64,000 bases of DNA from Dehalococcoidia bacterium (GCA_009692665.1 SHYT01000003.1:66389-130388), one strand, 5' to 3'; positions 1 through 10,510 are shown, counted from the stretch's first letter. The notes: a model not told the origin generated them from the sequence alone. Made by a program: numbers and translations.

Positions 1-62
1 CCGGTGGTCAAACGCTTTCAACACAATGCGGATACGTTCTCTAGCCATATACCCTTACCCTC

Positions 63-2126
63 TTATGCCTGCGCCGCCAGCAGCGTCGCCGCTACCGACT
101 GCGGTACTTCTTCGTAGCTGCTGAACTCCATGGTGTACGTTGCGCGGCCCTGCGTCAGCGAGCGGAGCTGCGTTGCATAGCCAAACGTTTCCGACAGCGG
201 GACCATGGCGTCCACCACCTGGATGGTGCCCTGGCCTTCCATGTTCTGCACGCGGGCGCGGCGTGAGTTCAGGTCGCCCAGCACTTCGCCCAGGAACTCG
301 GCGGGCGTGGTGACTTGCACCTTCATGATTGGCTCCAGCAAATAGGCCCGCGCGCGCCGCATGCCTTCTCGCATTGCGATGGTAGAGGCCGCTTTGAACG
401 CGATTTCAGAGGAGTCAACTGGGTGGAAACTGCCGTCCACTAGGGAGACCTTCAGGTCCACCACTGGATAGCCGCCCAACGCGCCGGACGCGAACATTTC
501 TTTCACGCCCGCTTCCACGCCGGGCACATACTCGCGAGGGACCACGCCGCCGACGATTTTGTTCACGAACGAGTTGCCCGTGCCGCGCGGCTGTGGCTCA
601 AATTGGAGCCAGACATGGCCGTATTGGCCGCGCCCGCCGGACTGCCGGACAAACCGGCCTTCCACCTTGACCGCGTCGCGCACTGCTTCCCGGAAGGATA
701 CCTTCGGCTTGCCCACGGTGGCTTGCAAACCGAACTCGCGGCGCATGCGATCCACCAGGATTTCCAGGTGAAGTTCGCCCATGCCCGCAATGGTCGTCTG
801 GTTGGTCTCCTGGTCAAAGCGGACCAAGAAGGTTGGGTCTTCATCCGCCAGCTTGCGGAGCGCTTCGTCCAGTTTCTCCTGGTCAGCTTTCGTCTTCGGC
901 TCAATGGAAAGAGCGATGACAGGCTCGGGGAACCTAGGCGGCTCCAGCACTATGGGCCGGTCCTCCTCGCAGATCGTCTCACCGGTATACGTGCGCTTCA
1001 GGCCGACCACGGCGCCGATGTCGCCCGCCTGCAGCTCGGCTACTTCCTCGCGGCGGTTGGCGTGCATCTTCACCACGCGGCCCGCGCGTTCGTTCAGGTC
1101 GCGGGTGGAGTTGAATACACTTGCGCCGGACTTGAGCGTGCCGGAGTAGACCCGGACGTAGACCAGGCGGCCAATGTACGGGTCGGTCATGATCTTGAAC
1201 GCCAACGCGCCCAGTTGCCCGTTCGGGTCCGCCTTCAACGTGACCTCTTCGTCCGTTTGGGGGTTCTTGCCGACGGCGGGTTTGGCGTCCAGCGGAGATG
1301 GCAGGTAATCAATAATGGCGTCCAGGAGCGGCTGAATGCCCTTGTGCTGCAGTGCGGTGCCGCAGAGCACCGGCGTCATTTGCACATTGACCGTTGCCTT
1401 GCGGAGGGCTTTCTTCAACTCGTCAACGGTGTAGTCTGTCTTACCGTCCAGGTACTTCACCAGCAAGTCATCATCAGTCTCGGCAATCTTTTCGATCATT
1501 GCCATGCGTTGGAGCGCTGCTTCTTCCAGAAACTCAGCCGGAATCTCACCGACCACGGGTGGCAGCGGCTCCTCTGTTTCGAAGAAGAGGGCCTTCATTT
1601 CAACCAGGTCAATCATCCCCCGGAACTGGTCCTCGGCGCCCATAGGCATCTGGATGGGCACGGGGTTGGCGTTCAGCCGCTTTTTGATCGTGTCCACAGC
1701 GCGGTAGAAGTCGGCACCGATGCGGTCCATCTTGTTGATGAATGCCATGCGTGGCACGTTGTACTTGGTGGCCTGGCGCCAGACAGTTTCCGACTGTGGC
1801 TGCACGCCGGCTACGGCGTCGAAGATGACCACGCCACCGTCGAGAACACGCAGGGAGCGCTCGACTTCGGCCGTGAAGTCCACGTGCCCCGGCGTATCAA
1901 TGACGTTAATGGTGACGTCTTTCCACGAGGTCATTGTGGCGGCGGCGGTGATCGTTATGCCGCGCTCCCGCTCCTGAGGCATCCAGTCAAGCGCCGTCGT
2001 GCCGTCATCAATGTCGCCCACCTTATGGATACGGCCGGTGAAGAACAGCACCCGCTCACTGACGGTGGTCTTGCCCGCATCAATGTGCGCGATGAATCCG
2101 ATGTTGCGAACCTTGCTTAAGTCCAT
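63..2126 (-). CDS. fusA: Elongation factor G
   Basis: [19 protein letters not shown] and NKMD GTPase motifs; 687 aa; downstream of rpsL-rpsG. Confidence 0.98.
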   Translation of the reverse strand: MDLSKVRNIGFIAHIDAGKTTVSERVLFFTGRIHKVGDIDDGTTALDWMPQERERGITITAAATMTSWKDVTINVIDTPGHVDFTAEVERSLRVLDGGVVIFDAVAGVQPQSETVWRQATKYNVPRMAFINKMDRIGADFYRAVDTIKKRLNANPVPIQMPMGAEDQFRGMIDLVEMKALFFETEEPLPPVVGEIPAEFLEEAALQRMAMIEKIAETDDDLLVKYLDGKTDYTVDELKKALRKATVNVQMTPVLCGTALQHKGIQPLLDAIIDYLPSPLDAKPAVGKNPQTDEEVTLKADPNGQLGALAFKIMTDPYIGRLVYVRVYSGTLKSGASVFNSTRDLNERAGRVVKMHANRREEVAELQAGDIGAVVGLKRTYTGETICEEDRPIVLEPPRFPEPVIALSIEPKTKADQEKLDEALRKLADEDPTFLVRFDQETNQTTIAGMGELHLEILVDRMRREFGLQATVGKPKVSFREAVRDAVKVEGRFVRQSGGRGQYGHVWLQFEPQPRGTGNSFVNKIVGGVVPREYVPGVEAGVKEMFASGALGGYPVVDLKVSLVDGSFHPVDSSEIAFKAASTIAMREGMRRARAYLLEPIMKVQVTTPAEFLGEVLGDLNSRRARVQNMEGQGTIQVVDAMVPLSETFGYATQLRSLTQGRATYTMEFSSYEEVPQSVAATLLAAQA

Positions 2127-2217
2127 GCCCTACACATCCACACAACAAACAATAATTTGACGAACGTCTTTGGTCTCTGTTGGTCTCTAGGGGGAATGAT
2201 CCCGAAGAGGGTTTGCT

Positions 2218-2685
2218 TTACCAGCGGTAGTGAGCGAAGGCGCGGTTGGCCTCTGCCATGCGGTGGAGGTCCTCCCGGCGCTTGGCGGCTGCACCTTCTC
2301 CCTTGGCTGCGTCGAGCAACTCTTGACCCAACTTCAAGTGCATTGGGCGGCCCTTGCGTGCGCGTGCGGCGGACACAAGCCACCGCGACGCCAGCGCAAT
2401 CCCGCGCTCCGGCCTGACTGCAAGAGGCACCTGGTACGTGGCGCCGCCTACCCGGCGGGCCTTGACCTCTAGCAGTGGCGTTGAATTCTTGAGAGCCTCC
2501 TGGAGCACTTCCAGCGGCGGACGCTTGACCTGTGCCTGGATGTGGTCAAGCGCCTGATAGACAATGCGGCGGGCCACGGTCTTCTTGCCGCGCTCCATGA
2601 CGCGGGAAACAAGACCGGAAACCTCAACGCTGTTATAGCGTGGGTCAGGCAATACGGGACGGAGTTCTGCTTGTCGGCGTCGCAT
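2218..2685 (-). CDS. rpsG: 30S ribosomal protein S7
   Basis: [11 protein letters not shown] and [15 protein letters not shown] signatures. Confidence 0.98.
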   Translation of the reverse strand: MRRRQAELRPVLPDPRYNSVEVSGLVSRVMERGKKTVARRIVYQALDHIQAQVKRPPLEVLQEALKNSTPLLEVKARRVGGATYQVPLAVRPERGIALASRWLVSAARARKGRPMHLKLGQELLDAAKGEGAAAKRREDLHRMAEANRAFAHYRW

Positions 2686-2688
2686 GGC

Positions 2689-3192
2689 TTACTTCTTTCC
2701 TCCAGCAGCGGGAGCAGCCGCGGGCTTGGCGGCGGCTGCGGCGGGCCTAGCGCCTCCGGCAGCAGCGGCAGCGCCGCCCTTGCCGGCCTTGGCGCCGTAC
2801 CGACTCCGGCCCTGCTTGCGGTTGGCTACGCCGGCCGCGTCTAGCGTGCCGCGGACGATGTGGTAACGCACACCCGGCAGGTCCGGCACTCGGCCGCCTC
2901 GCACGAGCACGACTGAGTGCTCCTGGAGGTTGTGGCCTTCGCCGGGGATATACGCGGTGATTTCCACGCCGTTGGTCAGGCGCACGCGCGCGATTTTGCG
3001 CAGCGCTGAGTTTGGCTTCTTCGGTGTCATGGTGCGCACCTGCGTGCAGACGCCGCGCCGCTGAGGCGCCCCGGCGGCGCTCCAGGTGGTCTTATTGAGC
3101 AATGTGTTCTGCCGCCAGTGCAGGGCAGGAGCCTTGCTCTTGGCCTTAGAAGGGTGGCGGCCCTTTCGGACCAGTTGATTTACAGTAGGCAT
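2689..3192 (-). CDS. rpsL: 30S ribosomal protein S12 with Ala/Gly/Lys-rich C-terminal tail
   Basis: [37 protein letters not shown]. Confidence 0.98.
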   Translation of the reverse strand: MPTVNQLVRKGRHPSKAKSKAPALHWRQNTLLNKTTWSAAGAPQRRGVCTQVRTMTPKKPNSALRKIARVRLTNGVEITAYIPGEGHNLQEHSVVLVRGGRVPDLPGVRYHIVRGTLDAAGVANRKQGRSRYGAKAGKGGAAAAAGGARPAAAAAKPAAAPAAGGKK

Positions 3193-3489
3193 GCCAAGCT
3201 CCTAAAAGTTCCGCTGAGCCCTGACTCCCAGGGCGATGTCGTGCTGCCAAGTCACGATCAAGCAATGCCCTTGCATTTTGTATCGTGCTCCCAAGTTCGG
3301 CCCCAAGTCCGGCGATGAAAGGCACAAAAGGAGATGATACGGTTGCAGCCCCTCATTGTCAATCAGCGGAGCCTTCCCGGCTGGGTTCACCGGGGGTCTC
3401 CGGGGGTGCACAAACGATGGCAGAAGTATACCTGAAATGGGCGCGGTTTTCCAGCAGGGCTTCTTACGATGATCCTAGGGCTGTTGATC

Positions 3490-3813
3490 CTAGAACCAAA
3501 GCCATCCAAACATGGGCCAGTTCCATTCAAACATAGGTTTTCCAAGGCTTTTATTATGGAGGCCTACGAGTAAGAAAAAGACTCCAAAAAGGATAACGAG
3601 TGCTGAGAATGGATCGCCGTTGCCAACGAAAAGCCATAAGAGACAGCCGGCCAGGAGTGCAGTGCCTAACAATGCAAAAAGTATCTCCCTAATGAACCAC
3701 CGCTTCTGCTTTTGTTTTGGCACGGTCAACTCGACCCTCAAATCTTTTAAGTACGCGGTTGGCATCATCATGGGTGCAAGTGAATTGTAGCTTCTCCGAA
3801 AAAACTTAAACAC
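3490..3813 (-). CDS. Hypothetical small membrane protein (2 TM helices, Trp-rich C-terminus); start uncertain
   Basis: Two hydrophobic stretches in an AT-richer ORF; no family recognised. Confidence 0.4.
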   Translation of the reverse strand: MFKFFRRSYNSLAPMMMPTAYLKDLRVELTVPKQKQKRWFIREILFALLGTALLAGCLLWLFVGNGDPFSALVILFGVFFLLVGLHNKSLGKPMFEWNWPMFGWLWF

Positions 3814-4272
3814 CAGCGTCGATCATCGCCGTCAGTTCTAGAATGTCTACCCACGCCCCGTCTTCCCGCCTACCTTCACAAAACCGGTGCTAGCTTCAGG
3901 ACACCAAACCCTTGCAACACTTCCCTGACTCCGCCATCATCAATAAGCAAGGCTGCACTGACGGACCGCCTTGACGAGTGCCATCCTGCCTGTATGCACA
4001 ACCAATACGCATTGTCACAACCCTATCCTCCCAGACGACGAGAGGAGGCGCCCAAATGCTCCACGCGACCCCGGCCCCCTTTAAAGAGCACGCTCTAGCC
4101 GCGTTGCCTCCCCACACGACACACGCCGAGTGCGTGGTCCTATGCGACCCAGTTGTGACACTCTACATGCATATTCGTCATGTATAAGCAGCGTCCCGGC
4201 GGAATTCGTCGAGGCAGGAACAACAGAAACTTCGTGCTGAGATTCAGAATGAGGCCAACAAGCAGGTGACCA

Positions 4273-5151
4273 ATGCGTATTGACGCACACACGCACATCT
4301 TCCCGGCCAGCTTCGCGCAGCGCCGCACTGCCGCCGATGAACGGTTGCTGCGCGATGACACCTTCCGCGAGACCTACCAGAATCCCAAGGCAAGAATGGC
4401 TACCGCAAAAGAGCTCGTGGCCACGTTGGACGAAGCGGACTTCGACGCTGCGGTCGTTGCGGGCATCGGCTGGACGGACCTCGATCTCGCGCGGGAGGCC
4501 AACGACTACGCGCTGGAGTCGGCGCAGAAGTTCCCCGGCCGCGTGCTGCCCTTCTGCTCGGTGAACCCCGCATGGGGCGACGCGGCGCTGCGGGAGGTGG
4601 AGCGCTGCGCGGATGCTGGCGCGCTCGGCGTAGGCGAGCTGCACCCGGACACACAGGACTTCCTGCTGAGTGACCCCAAGTTCATGCGTCCCTTGGGGGA
4701 GTTGTTGCGCGAACGCGGCCTCGTGCTGCTCACCCATACGTCGGAGCCTGTGGGACATCTGTACAGAGGTAAGGGGCGCGCGACGCCGGAGCAAGTGATG
4801 GGCTTGGTGCGGCTGGTGCCGGGATTGCAGGTCATCTGCGCACATTGGGGCGGCGGCCTTCCTTTCTATGCGCTCATGCCGGAAGTGGCTGCTGACCTCC
4901 AGCAGTCCGTGTATTTCGACTCGGCCGCGTCTCCCTACCTCTATCAGCCTGATGTGTTCTCGACTGTAGTCAAATTGGTTGGCGCGGACAAAGTGCTGTT
5001 TGCCAGCGATTTCCCCCTCCTGAAGCCCTCCCGCGCAATGAAGGACCTGGAGGCCAGTGGCATGGGGGCAGGCATGCGGAAAAAGCTGCTTGGCGAAAAC
5101 GCGGCGCGGCTGCTGAAGCTGCCACGGACAGCCAGGCGGGCCGGGAAATGA
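4273..5151 (+). CDS. Amidohydrolase family protein (Amidohydro_2)
   Basis: IDAHTH, GVGELHP, ICAHWGGG, VLFASDFP motifs. Confidence 0.9.
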   Translation: MRIDAHTHIFPASFAQRRTAADERLLRDDTFRETYQNPKARMATAKELVATLDEADFDAAVVAGIGWTDLDLAREANDYALESAQKFPGRVLPFCSVNPAWGDAALREVERCADAGALGVGELHPDTQDFLLSDPKFMRPLGELLRERGLVLLTHTSEPVGHLYRGKGRATPEQVMGLVRLVPGLQVICAHWGGGLPFYALMPEVAADLQQSVYFDSAASPYLYQPDVFSTVVKLVGADKVLFASDFPLLKPSRAMKDLEASGMGAGMRKKLLGENAARLLKLPRTARRAGK

Positions 5152-5772
5152 GCGTAGGCATTATCAACAAGAAGCCGGACACTCTCCGCACATTTATTGC
5201 GGTTGAACTTTCAGCCGAGATAAAAAGTGCGCTCATCGATGTCCAGCGGACAATGCAGCGACATGCCGCCGCGCCCAACATACGCTGGGTGCAGCCAGAC
5301 GCTGTGCACCTGACGTTGAAATTCGTTGGAGATATCTTTCCGGCGCAGGTTGCCGGCGTGCAGGCTGGCATGGAGCAAGTCGCGCGTACCATTGCGCTGT
5401 TCGACGTTGCCCTGGGCGGTGTCGGAGCCTTCCCCAGCGAGCGAGCGCCACGTGTACTCTGGGTCGGGCTTGACGGAGACACACAATCGTTGAAGGCGCT
5501 GGCAAAGAACCTGGATGAGGAATTATCAAGGCGCGGGTTTCCCCCTGAGGAGCGTGGCTTTTCACCCCACCTCACGGTAGGGCGCACCCGCGAGGCCCCC
5601 CCGCGAAGGCCGAAAAGGCGCGATGCATCAAAATATCGCTGAGTTAGTAGCCGTAGCACCTCGTATGCCTCATCTCACGATGCACATAGCGTCACTCACC
5701 CTTATTCACAGTGTGCTTCTCCCGAAGGGGCCGGCATATACCCACCTTCATCAATGTGCCTTGAGCGGTTAG
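5148..5772 (+). pseudogene. thpR: RNA 2',3'-cyclic phosphodiesterase (2H family), frameshifted near a C7 run
   Basis: RTFIAV start and two HLT motifs; ORF stops at 5642, but the expected C-terminus (SLTLIHSVLLPKGPAYT) continues in the +1 frame to TAG 5770-5772; C7 run at 5596-5602. Confidence 0.8.
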
Positions 5773-5822
5773 CGCCTCAAGGCGGTAAACAATAGAAAAA
5801 CCTTTCGCGAGGAGGTGTTGGG

Positions 5823-6431
5823 ATGGTAAGTCAACCTCAGCTACCACAAGAGGAACAAGAGGAGTTTTTTGAAGAGGAAGGGCTGGATGGCACGCATATT
5901 AGACACGCCCAGCGCATGATTCGGAGGGTGCCTGACCCAGTGCCAGTAGTAGCGGCGCCTCACGAGCATGTGAGCGACGTAGGAGGCCGGACTGTGGTTG
6001 AGCGCGCCCCCTGGAGCCCGGCGCAGTTCATTGCGCTTGGCGCGGGTGTATTGTTCATCGTTTTCGGCGCACTCACGTTGGCGCTGGGTGGCATCAGCGA
6101 CATCTATAATCCCGTGACGTTTGGGCCGTTCAGCCGGACCCCCCTCATGGGTCTCATAGAGCTTGGGTACGGTATTTTGATGCTGGCTATCGGCTCCATA
6201 CCCGGCATTGACCGGGGAGGCATGACGCTCATCGGGGTTATTGCGCTAGCGTGGGGCATCGTCGTTGTCGCGCTGCCAGCAAACCAGTTCTACAACACAC
6301 TGGGCTTACGGAATGCAGATGGCTGGCTGTATGTGATCGTCGGCGGGCTTCTCCTAGTCGTCGCAGCGGCAGCGCCTGTGTTCATGGGCACCGGCCGCGT
6401 GTTCAAGCGCGTCCATCGCCAAGACCATTAG
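5823..6431 (+). CDS. Hypothetical 4-TM membrane protein with acidic N-terminus
   Basis: Strong SD GAGGAGG upstream; four hydrophobic segments. Confidence 0.75.
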   Translation: MVSQPQLPQEEQEEFFEEEGLDGTHIRHAQRMIRRVPDPVPVVAAPHEHVSDVGGRTVVERAPWSPAQFIALGAGVLFIVFGALTLALGGISDIYNPVTFGPFSRTPLMGLIELGYGILMLAIGSIPGIDRGGMTLIGVIALAWGIVVVALPANQFYNTLGLRNADGWLYVIVGGLLLVVAAAAPVFMGTGRVFKRVHRQDH

Positions 6432-6437
6432 TCTGGT

Positions 6438-6467
6438 TTGACAAATCCCATGGTGCTGCCCTAGCCT
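6438..6467 (+). promoter_or_regulatory. Putative sigma70 promoter for the trp leader
   Basis: TTGACA 6438-6443, 18-nt spacer, TAGCCT 6462-6467, just upstream of the T-box. Confidence 0.5.
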
Positions 6468-6477
6468 GGTATGCACA

Positions 6478-6818
6478 GAGGCGTTGAACGGGACGAGTAC
6501 GTTCCCAGCGAGGCCACAGAGAGTTGGGCATTGGTGAGAGCCCAGCGCCGGCGCAGGGGCCGAATGGATCCGGGAGCCTCAGCCAGAACGTAGTTTCCGT
6601 CACCCCTGGACAAGCGCAGGGTGAACCGCCAACTACAAGTAGGCGCTGACGGAGTGGGCACCGTTATCAGAGCCCTAGGTGGTCATAGTCTTCCAAAAGG
6701 AGGACTCTCACCGACAAGAAGGCATCGTCCCGATGGCTATCGGGACGGGCGAAGTAGGGTGGCAACACGAGGCAAAAAGGCCCCGTCCCTTCAAGGGACG
6801 GGGCCTTTTTGTTGTTTT
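6478..6818 (+). ncRNA. Tryptophan T-box riboswitch (transcriptional)
   Basis: Stem I with AGAGA bulge and GGTGAGA loop; specifier GAA-TGG (Trp codon 6565-6567); AGTA 6638-6641; CCGTTA 6661-6666; T-box AAGTAGGGTGGCAACACG 6752-6769 (UGGC pairs the GCCA end of tRNA-Trp); antiterminator pairs with CCCCGTCCCT; upstream of trpE. Confidence 0.92.
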
Positions 6819-6819
6819 T
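6774..6819 (+). terminator. T-box intrinsic terminator
   Basis: AAAAAGGCCCCGTCCCT-tca-AGGGACGGGGCCTTTTT followed by a U-rich tract. Confidence 0.9.
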
Positions 6820-6834
6820 AACGTGGAGGTTGAC

Positions 6835-6939
6835 ATGGCAAAACTGGAAAGCAGAAGTACGCCAATTCGTGGATTGGCGCAACAGAGATCGTGGATTGGG
6901 CGGCGCTGGCGGCAGGACTCGCAGCACTTCAACCAGTAA
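6835..6939 (+). CDS. Candidate 34-aa Trp-containing leader peptide between the T-box terminator and trpE
   Basis: GGAGG 6825-6829, ATG 6835; MAKLESRSTPIRGLAQQRSWIGRRWRQDSQHFNQ with W20 and W25. Confidence 0.4.
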   Translation: MAKLESRSTPIRGLAQQRSWIGRRWRQDSQHFNQ

Positions 6940-6980
6940 GTACGCCTGGCAGTTCAAAATCGGAATCGTAGGGGAGAGTC

Positions 6981-8459
6981 ATGTACTATCCATCGTTAGA
7001 AGACGTAAAGAAGCTGGCTGACCAGGGAAATCTGGTGCCGGTGTACCGCGAGCTCAACGCCGACCTGGAAACGCCGGTGACGGCCTACCTGAAGGTGGCG
7101 CGCAAGCCATACTCGTTCCTGCTGGAGAGCGTTGAGGGCGGCGAACGGCTGGCGCGCTATAGCTTCATTGGCACGGAACCATCGTGGGTGCTGAAGACGG
7201 GCGCGGGCCAAAAGGCGGGCGAGGTTGACCCACTGACACTGCTTCAGAACAAGCTGGCAAACTACAAAGTCGTGCAGGTGCCGGGCTTGCCGCGTTTCCA
7301 CGGCGGCGCCGTTGGCTACCTGGGTTATGACGCGGTGCGCTATTTTGAGCCGCGTGTGCCAAAGCCGCAGAACGACACGCTTGGGCTGCCGGAATCGGTG
7401 TTCATGCTGACCGATAACATGATCATTTTTGACCATGTGCAACACAAGATAAAAGTCGTGAGTCATATGCCGCTGAAGGGTGACGATGCTGTTGTTGAGA
7501 AGACGTACGCAAGGGCGGTCGCGCACATAGAAAGACTGGTGAGGCGGCTTGAGCGGCCGCTCAAGAGTTCATGGCTCCGTGCATACTCGCACGACGGGCA
7601 GACGGCGCCGGCGCCAAAGTTTACAAGCAACTTCACGCGGGAAGACTACCACCTGGCGGTGCTGCGCGCTCAGGAGTACATCAAGGCGGGTGACGTCATT
7701 CAGGTGGTGCTCTCCCAAAGACTAGCAGTGCCAACCCAGGCGGAGCCATTAGACCTGTACCGCGCGCTACGGGCTATCAACCCGTCGCCGTATATGTATT
7801 ACCTGGCGCTAGACGACTTCGCCGTGGTGGGCGCATCACCGGAACTGCTTATTCGAGTGGAGGACGGCGTGCTGGAGAACCACCCTATCGCGGGCACGCG
7901 GCGGCGCGGATACTCGCCGGAAGAGGACGAGACGCTGGAGAAAGAACTGGTGACAAACGAGAAGGAGCGCGCCGAACACATCATGCTGGTGGACCTGGGC
8001 CGCAACGACATTGGTCGGGTGAGCAAGCCGGGGACAGTTAAGGTCACACAGTTGATGGACGTGGAGAAGTATTCGCATGTGATGCACCTGGTATCGCATG
8101 TGACTGGGGAGCTGCGCACGGACTACTCGGTGTACGACGCGCTGCGTGCATCGTTCCCGGCTGGCACCGTATCAGGCGCGCCGAAGATTCGCGCCATGGA
8201 GATCATCGCAGAGCTGGAGGGCCTGGCGCGCGGAGCATATGCGGGCGCGGTGGGGTACTTCAGCTTTGCGGGGAACATGGACACCGCCATCTGCATCCGC
8301 ACAATGGTGGTGAAGGATGGCGCCGCGTATATCCAGGCCGGCGGCGGCATTGTGTACGACAGCGACCCGGAGGCGGAGTACCAGGAGACCCTGGCGAAGG
8401 CCCAGGCCGCGCTCCGCGCCATTGCCCAGGCGAACGCTGCACTTGAGGTGAAACAATGA
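6981..8459 (+). CDS. trpE: Anthranilate synthase component I
   Basis: LLESVEGG, NPSPYM, PIAGTRRRG, EHIMLVDLGRND, FPAGTVSGAPK. Confidence 0.97.
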   Translation: MYYPSLEDVKKLADQGNLVPVYRELNADLETPVTAYLKVARKPYSFLLESVEGGERLARYSFIGTEPSWVLKTGAGQKAGEVDPLTLLQNKLANYKVVQVPGLPRFHGGAVGYLGYDAVRYFEPRVPKPQNDTLGLPESVFMLTDNMIIFDHVQHKIKVVSHMPLKGDDAVVEKTYARAVAHIERLVRRLERPLKSSWLRAYSHDGQTAPAPKFTSNFTREDYHLAVLRAQEYIKAGDVIQVVLSQRLAVPTQAEPLDLYRALRAINPSPYMYYLALDDFAVVGASPELLIRVEDGVLENHPIAGTRRRGYSPEEDETLEKELVTNEKERAEHIMLVDLGRNDIGRVSKPGTVKVTQLMDVEKYSHVMHLVSHVTGELRTDYSVYDALRASFPAGTVSGAPKIRAMEIIAELEGLARGAYAGAVGYFSFAGNMDTAICIRTMVVKDGAAYIQAGGGIVYDSDPEAEYQETLAKAQAALRAIAQANAALEVKQ

Positions 8460-9487
8460 GCGAAGTCGCCACTAAGCCCGCCGCGGGAGGCCCCATTCGT
8501 GTTCTCTCCGGCATCCAGCCAACAGGCAATCTGCACATTGGCAACTACATTGGCGCAGTCACGCAGTGGGTAGCCATGCAGCAGCCAGACTCGGAGAACT
8601 TCTACTGCATCGTTGACCTGCACGCCATCACGGTGCCGCAGGATCCCAAGGAGCTGCGCAAGAAAACGCGCGAGGTTGCCGCAATTCTGCTGGCAGCGGG
8701 CATTGATCCAAAGAGGTCCGTGCTGTTCGTGCAGTCGCAGGTGCTGGCGCATACAGAATTGGCGTGGATTCTCAGTTGTGTGACGCCGTACGGATGGCTG
8801 GCGCGCATGACGCAGTTTAAAGACAAGTCGCAGAAGCAGCGGGAGGACACCAGCGCGGGACTGCTCACCTATCCAGTGCTGATGGCGGCGGATATCTTGC
8901 TCTACCAGGCAAGCCAGGTGCCGGTGGGCGAAGACCAGAAGCAACACCTGGAGCTCACGCGCGATATTGCCATGCGGTTCAACCGCATGTTTGGCGAAAC
9001 GTTCCGGATTCCCGAGCCTCGCATTTTGGACGTGGGCGCACGCATTATGGGCCTGGACGACCCGGTGAAAAAGATGAGCAAGAGTGAAGAGAACCCTAGC
9101 CACGCGGTAAACCTAATGGACCCGCCGGACGTTATCCGGCGCAAGTTTCAGCGGGCCACCACGGACTCGCTGGCAACAATCGCGTTCACCGAAGAGCAGG
9201 CAGGCGTCTTCAACCTGCTCACCATCTACCAGTCGTTCACCGGCCAGTCTCGCGAGGCAATTGAAGCGCAGTTCGCGGGCAGGGGGTATGGCGACTTGAA
9301 GAAAGCGGTGGCCGAGGCGGTCATTGAAGGGCTAAAGCCGCTTCAAGAACGGTATGCGGTATTTGCCAAAGACCCAGGCCAGCTTGACGCGCTCCTGAAA
9401 GAGGGCGCGGCTAAGGCGAGCGCTGTTGCCAATCGCACGATTGCTACCGTGTGGGAACGCGTTGGCCTCGGTATAGGCGGGGGCTGA
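8456..9487 (+). CDS. trpS: Tryptophanyl-tRNA synthetase
   Basis: SGIQPTG, HIGN, VPVGEDQ, KMSKS. Confidence 0.97.
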   Translation: MSEVATKPAAGGPIRVLSGIQPTGNLHIGNYIGAVTQWVAMQQPDSENFYCIVDLHAITVPQDPKELRKKTREVAAILLAAGIDPKRSVLFVQSQVLAHTELAWILSCVTPYGWLARMTQFKDKSQKQREDTSAGLLTYPVLMAADILLYQASQVPVGEDQKQHLELTRDIAMRFNRMFGETFRIPEPRILDVGARIMGLDDPVKKMSKSEENPSHAVNLMDPPDVIRRKFQRATTDSLATIAFTEEQAGVFNLLTIYQSFTGQSREAIEAQFAGRGYGDLKKAVAEAVIEGLKPLQERYAVFAKDPGQLDALLKEGAAKASAVANRTIATVWERVGLGIGGG

Positions 9488-9813
9488 GCACATGGCAATT
9501 GCAGGGGAGAGCCGGACTAATATGAAACCAGGTCCGGACGGCTCCCGGACATGATGTGGTGTAGGAGATGAGTAGCATGGACGCTTATCGCCCGGAAGAC
9601 ATACGAGTATCGAAGATACTCGGCCAGCCTCAGCAACAGACCTTCTTCGTTAAAACTGTTGGGAATTGTAGGCAAATGTGGACAAGAGCTGGTGAGTTCA
9701 GCCGGCAAAGCTGGTAGGAAATAGACGGCATAGTTGGTGGCAGGTTGGCAGCCTAGGACTACAAATTGGGTTGTTGGGCCAAAGCCGATAACAACACGGA
9801 TAGGGAGACGCAC

Positions 9814-10392
9814 ATGTTAGTGCTCATCGACAATTACGACAGCTTCACCTACAACTTGTATCAGTACCTTTCTGAGCTTGGCGCGGAGGTCGTCGTCGTC
9901 CGCAACGATAAGATGTCTATTGCGGAGATTGAGGCAATGCGGCCGGAGCACATCGTCGTATCCCCGGGGCCATGCACGCCGAGAGAGGCGGGGATATCCG
10001 ATGAGGTCATCCGCCACTTTGGGCCCAAGATACCGGTGCTGGGCGTGTGCTTAGGCCATCAGTGCATAGGTGACGTGTTCGGCGCCAAGGTGGACCGGGC
10101 GGGCGAGATTATGCACGGCAAGACGTCTCTGATTTACCATGACGGCAAGGGCGTCTTTGCTGGACTTCCTAGCCCGTTTGAGGCTATCCGATATCACTCG
10201 CTGGTCATCTACCCGGAGACGCTGCCACCCGATTTGGAGATAACCGCGCGGACAGAGAAAGGTCTTATAATGGGTGTTCGCCACAAGCGGTACCCCATTG
10301 AGGGGGTGCAGTTCCATCCGGAATCCATCATGACCAAGGTGGGCAAGCAACTCCTTAACAATTTCTTGGCGATGCCCGTTCCGGCACAATAA
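9814..10392 (+). CDS. trpG: Anthranilate synthase component II (glutamine amidotransferase)
   Basis: [28 protein letters not shown]; ATG 9814 after SD GGGAG. Confidence 0.95.
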   Translation: MLVLIDNYDSFTYNLYQYLSELGAEVVVVRNDKMSIAEIEAMRPEHIVVSPGPCTPREAGISDEVIRHFGPKIPVLGVCLGHQCIGDVFGAKVDRAGEIMHGKTSLIYHDGKGVFAGLPSPFEAIRYHSLVIYPETLPPDLEITARTEKGLIMGVRHKRYPIEGVQFHPESIMTKVGKQLLNNFLAMPVPAQ

Positions 10393-10510
10393 GCCCGGAA
10401 CGTCATGTCACGGTGAGTTCTTTTCCCGTACACCGGGACGGGAATAGGTGTGGAGGCAGAGGCTCTTGTTGACGCTGGAAACGCTCAACGGCGAGTGGGG
10501 GAGGTGGCTC

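Noticed and set aside
603-2120. 505-aa ORF antisense to fusA (likewise 56924-58195, 8123-9103, 45074-46093, 59416-60303)
   Set aside because: Shadow ORFs produced by GC-rich codon bias opposite conserved genes; no motifs or SD
6809-7021. 70-aa ORF with 5 Trp overlapping the trpE start, as a classical attenuator peptide
   Set aside because: TTG start lies in the terminator U-tract with no SD; noted only as TGG enrichment under the uORF finding
9488-9813. 325-nt gap between trpS and trpG as a second T-box or gene
   Set aside because: No GGTGGNAC T-box, specifier or terminator; only short ORFs without recognisable motifs
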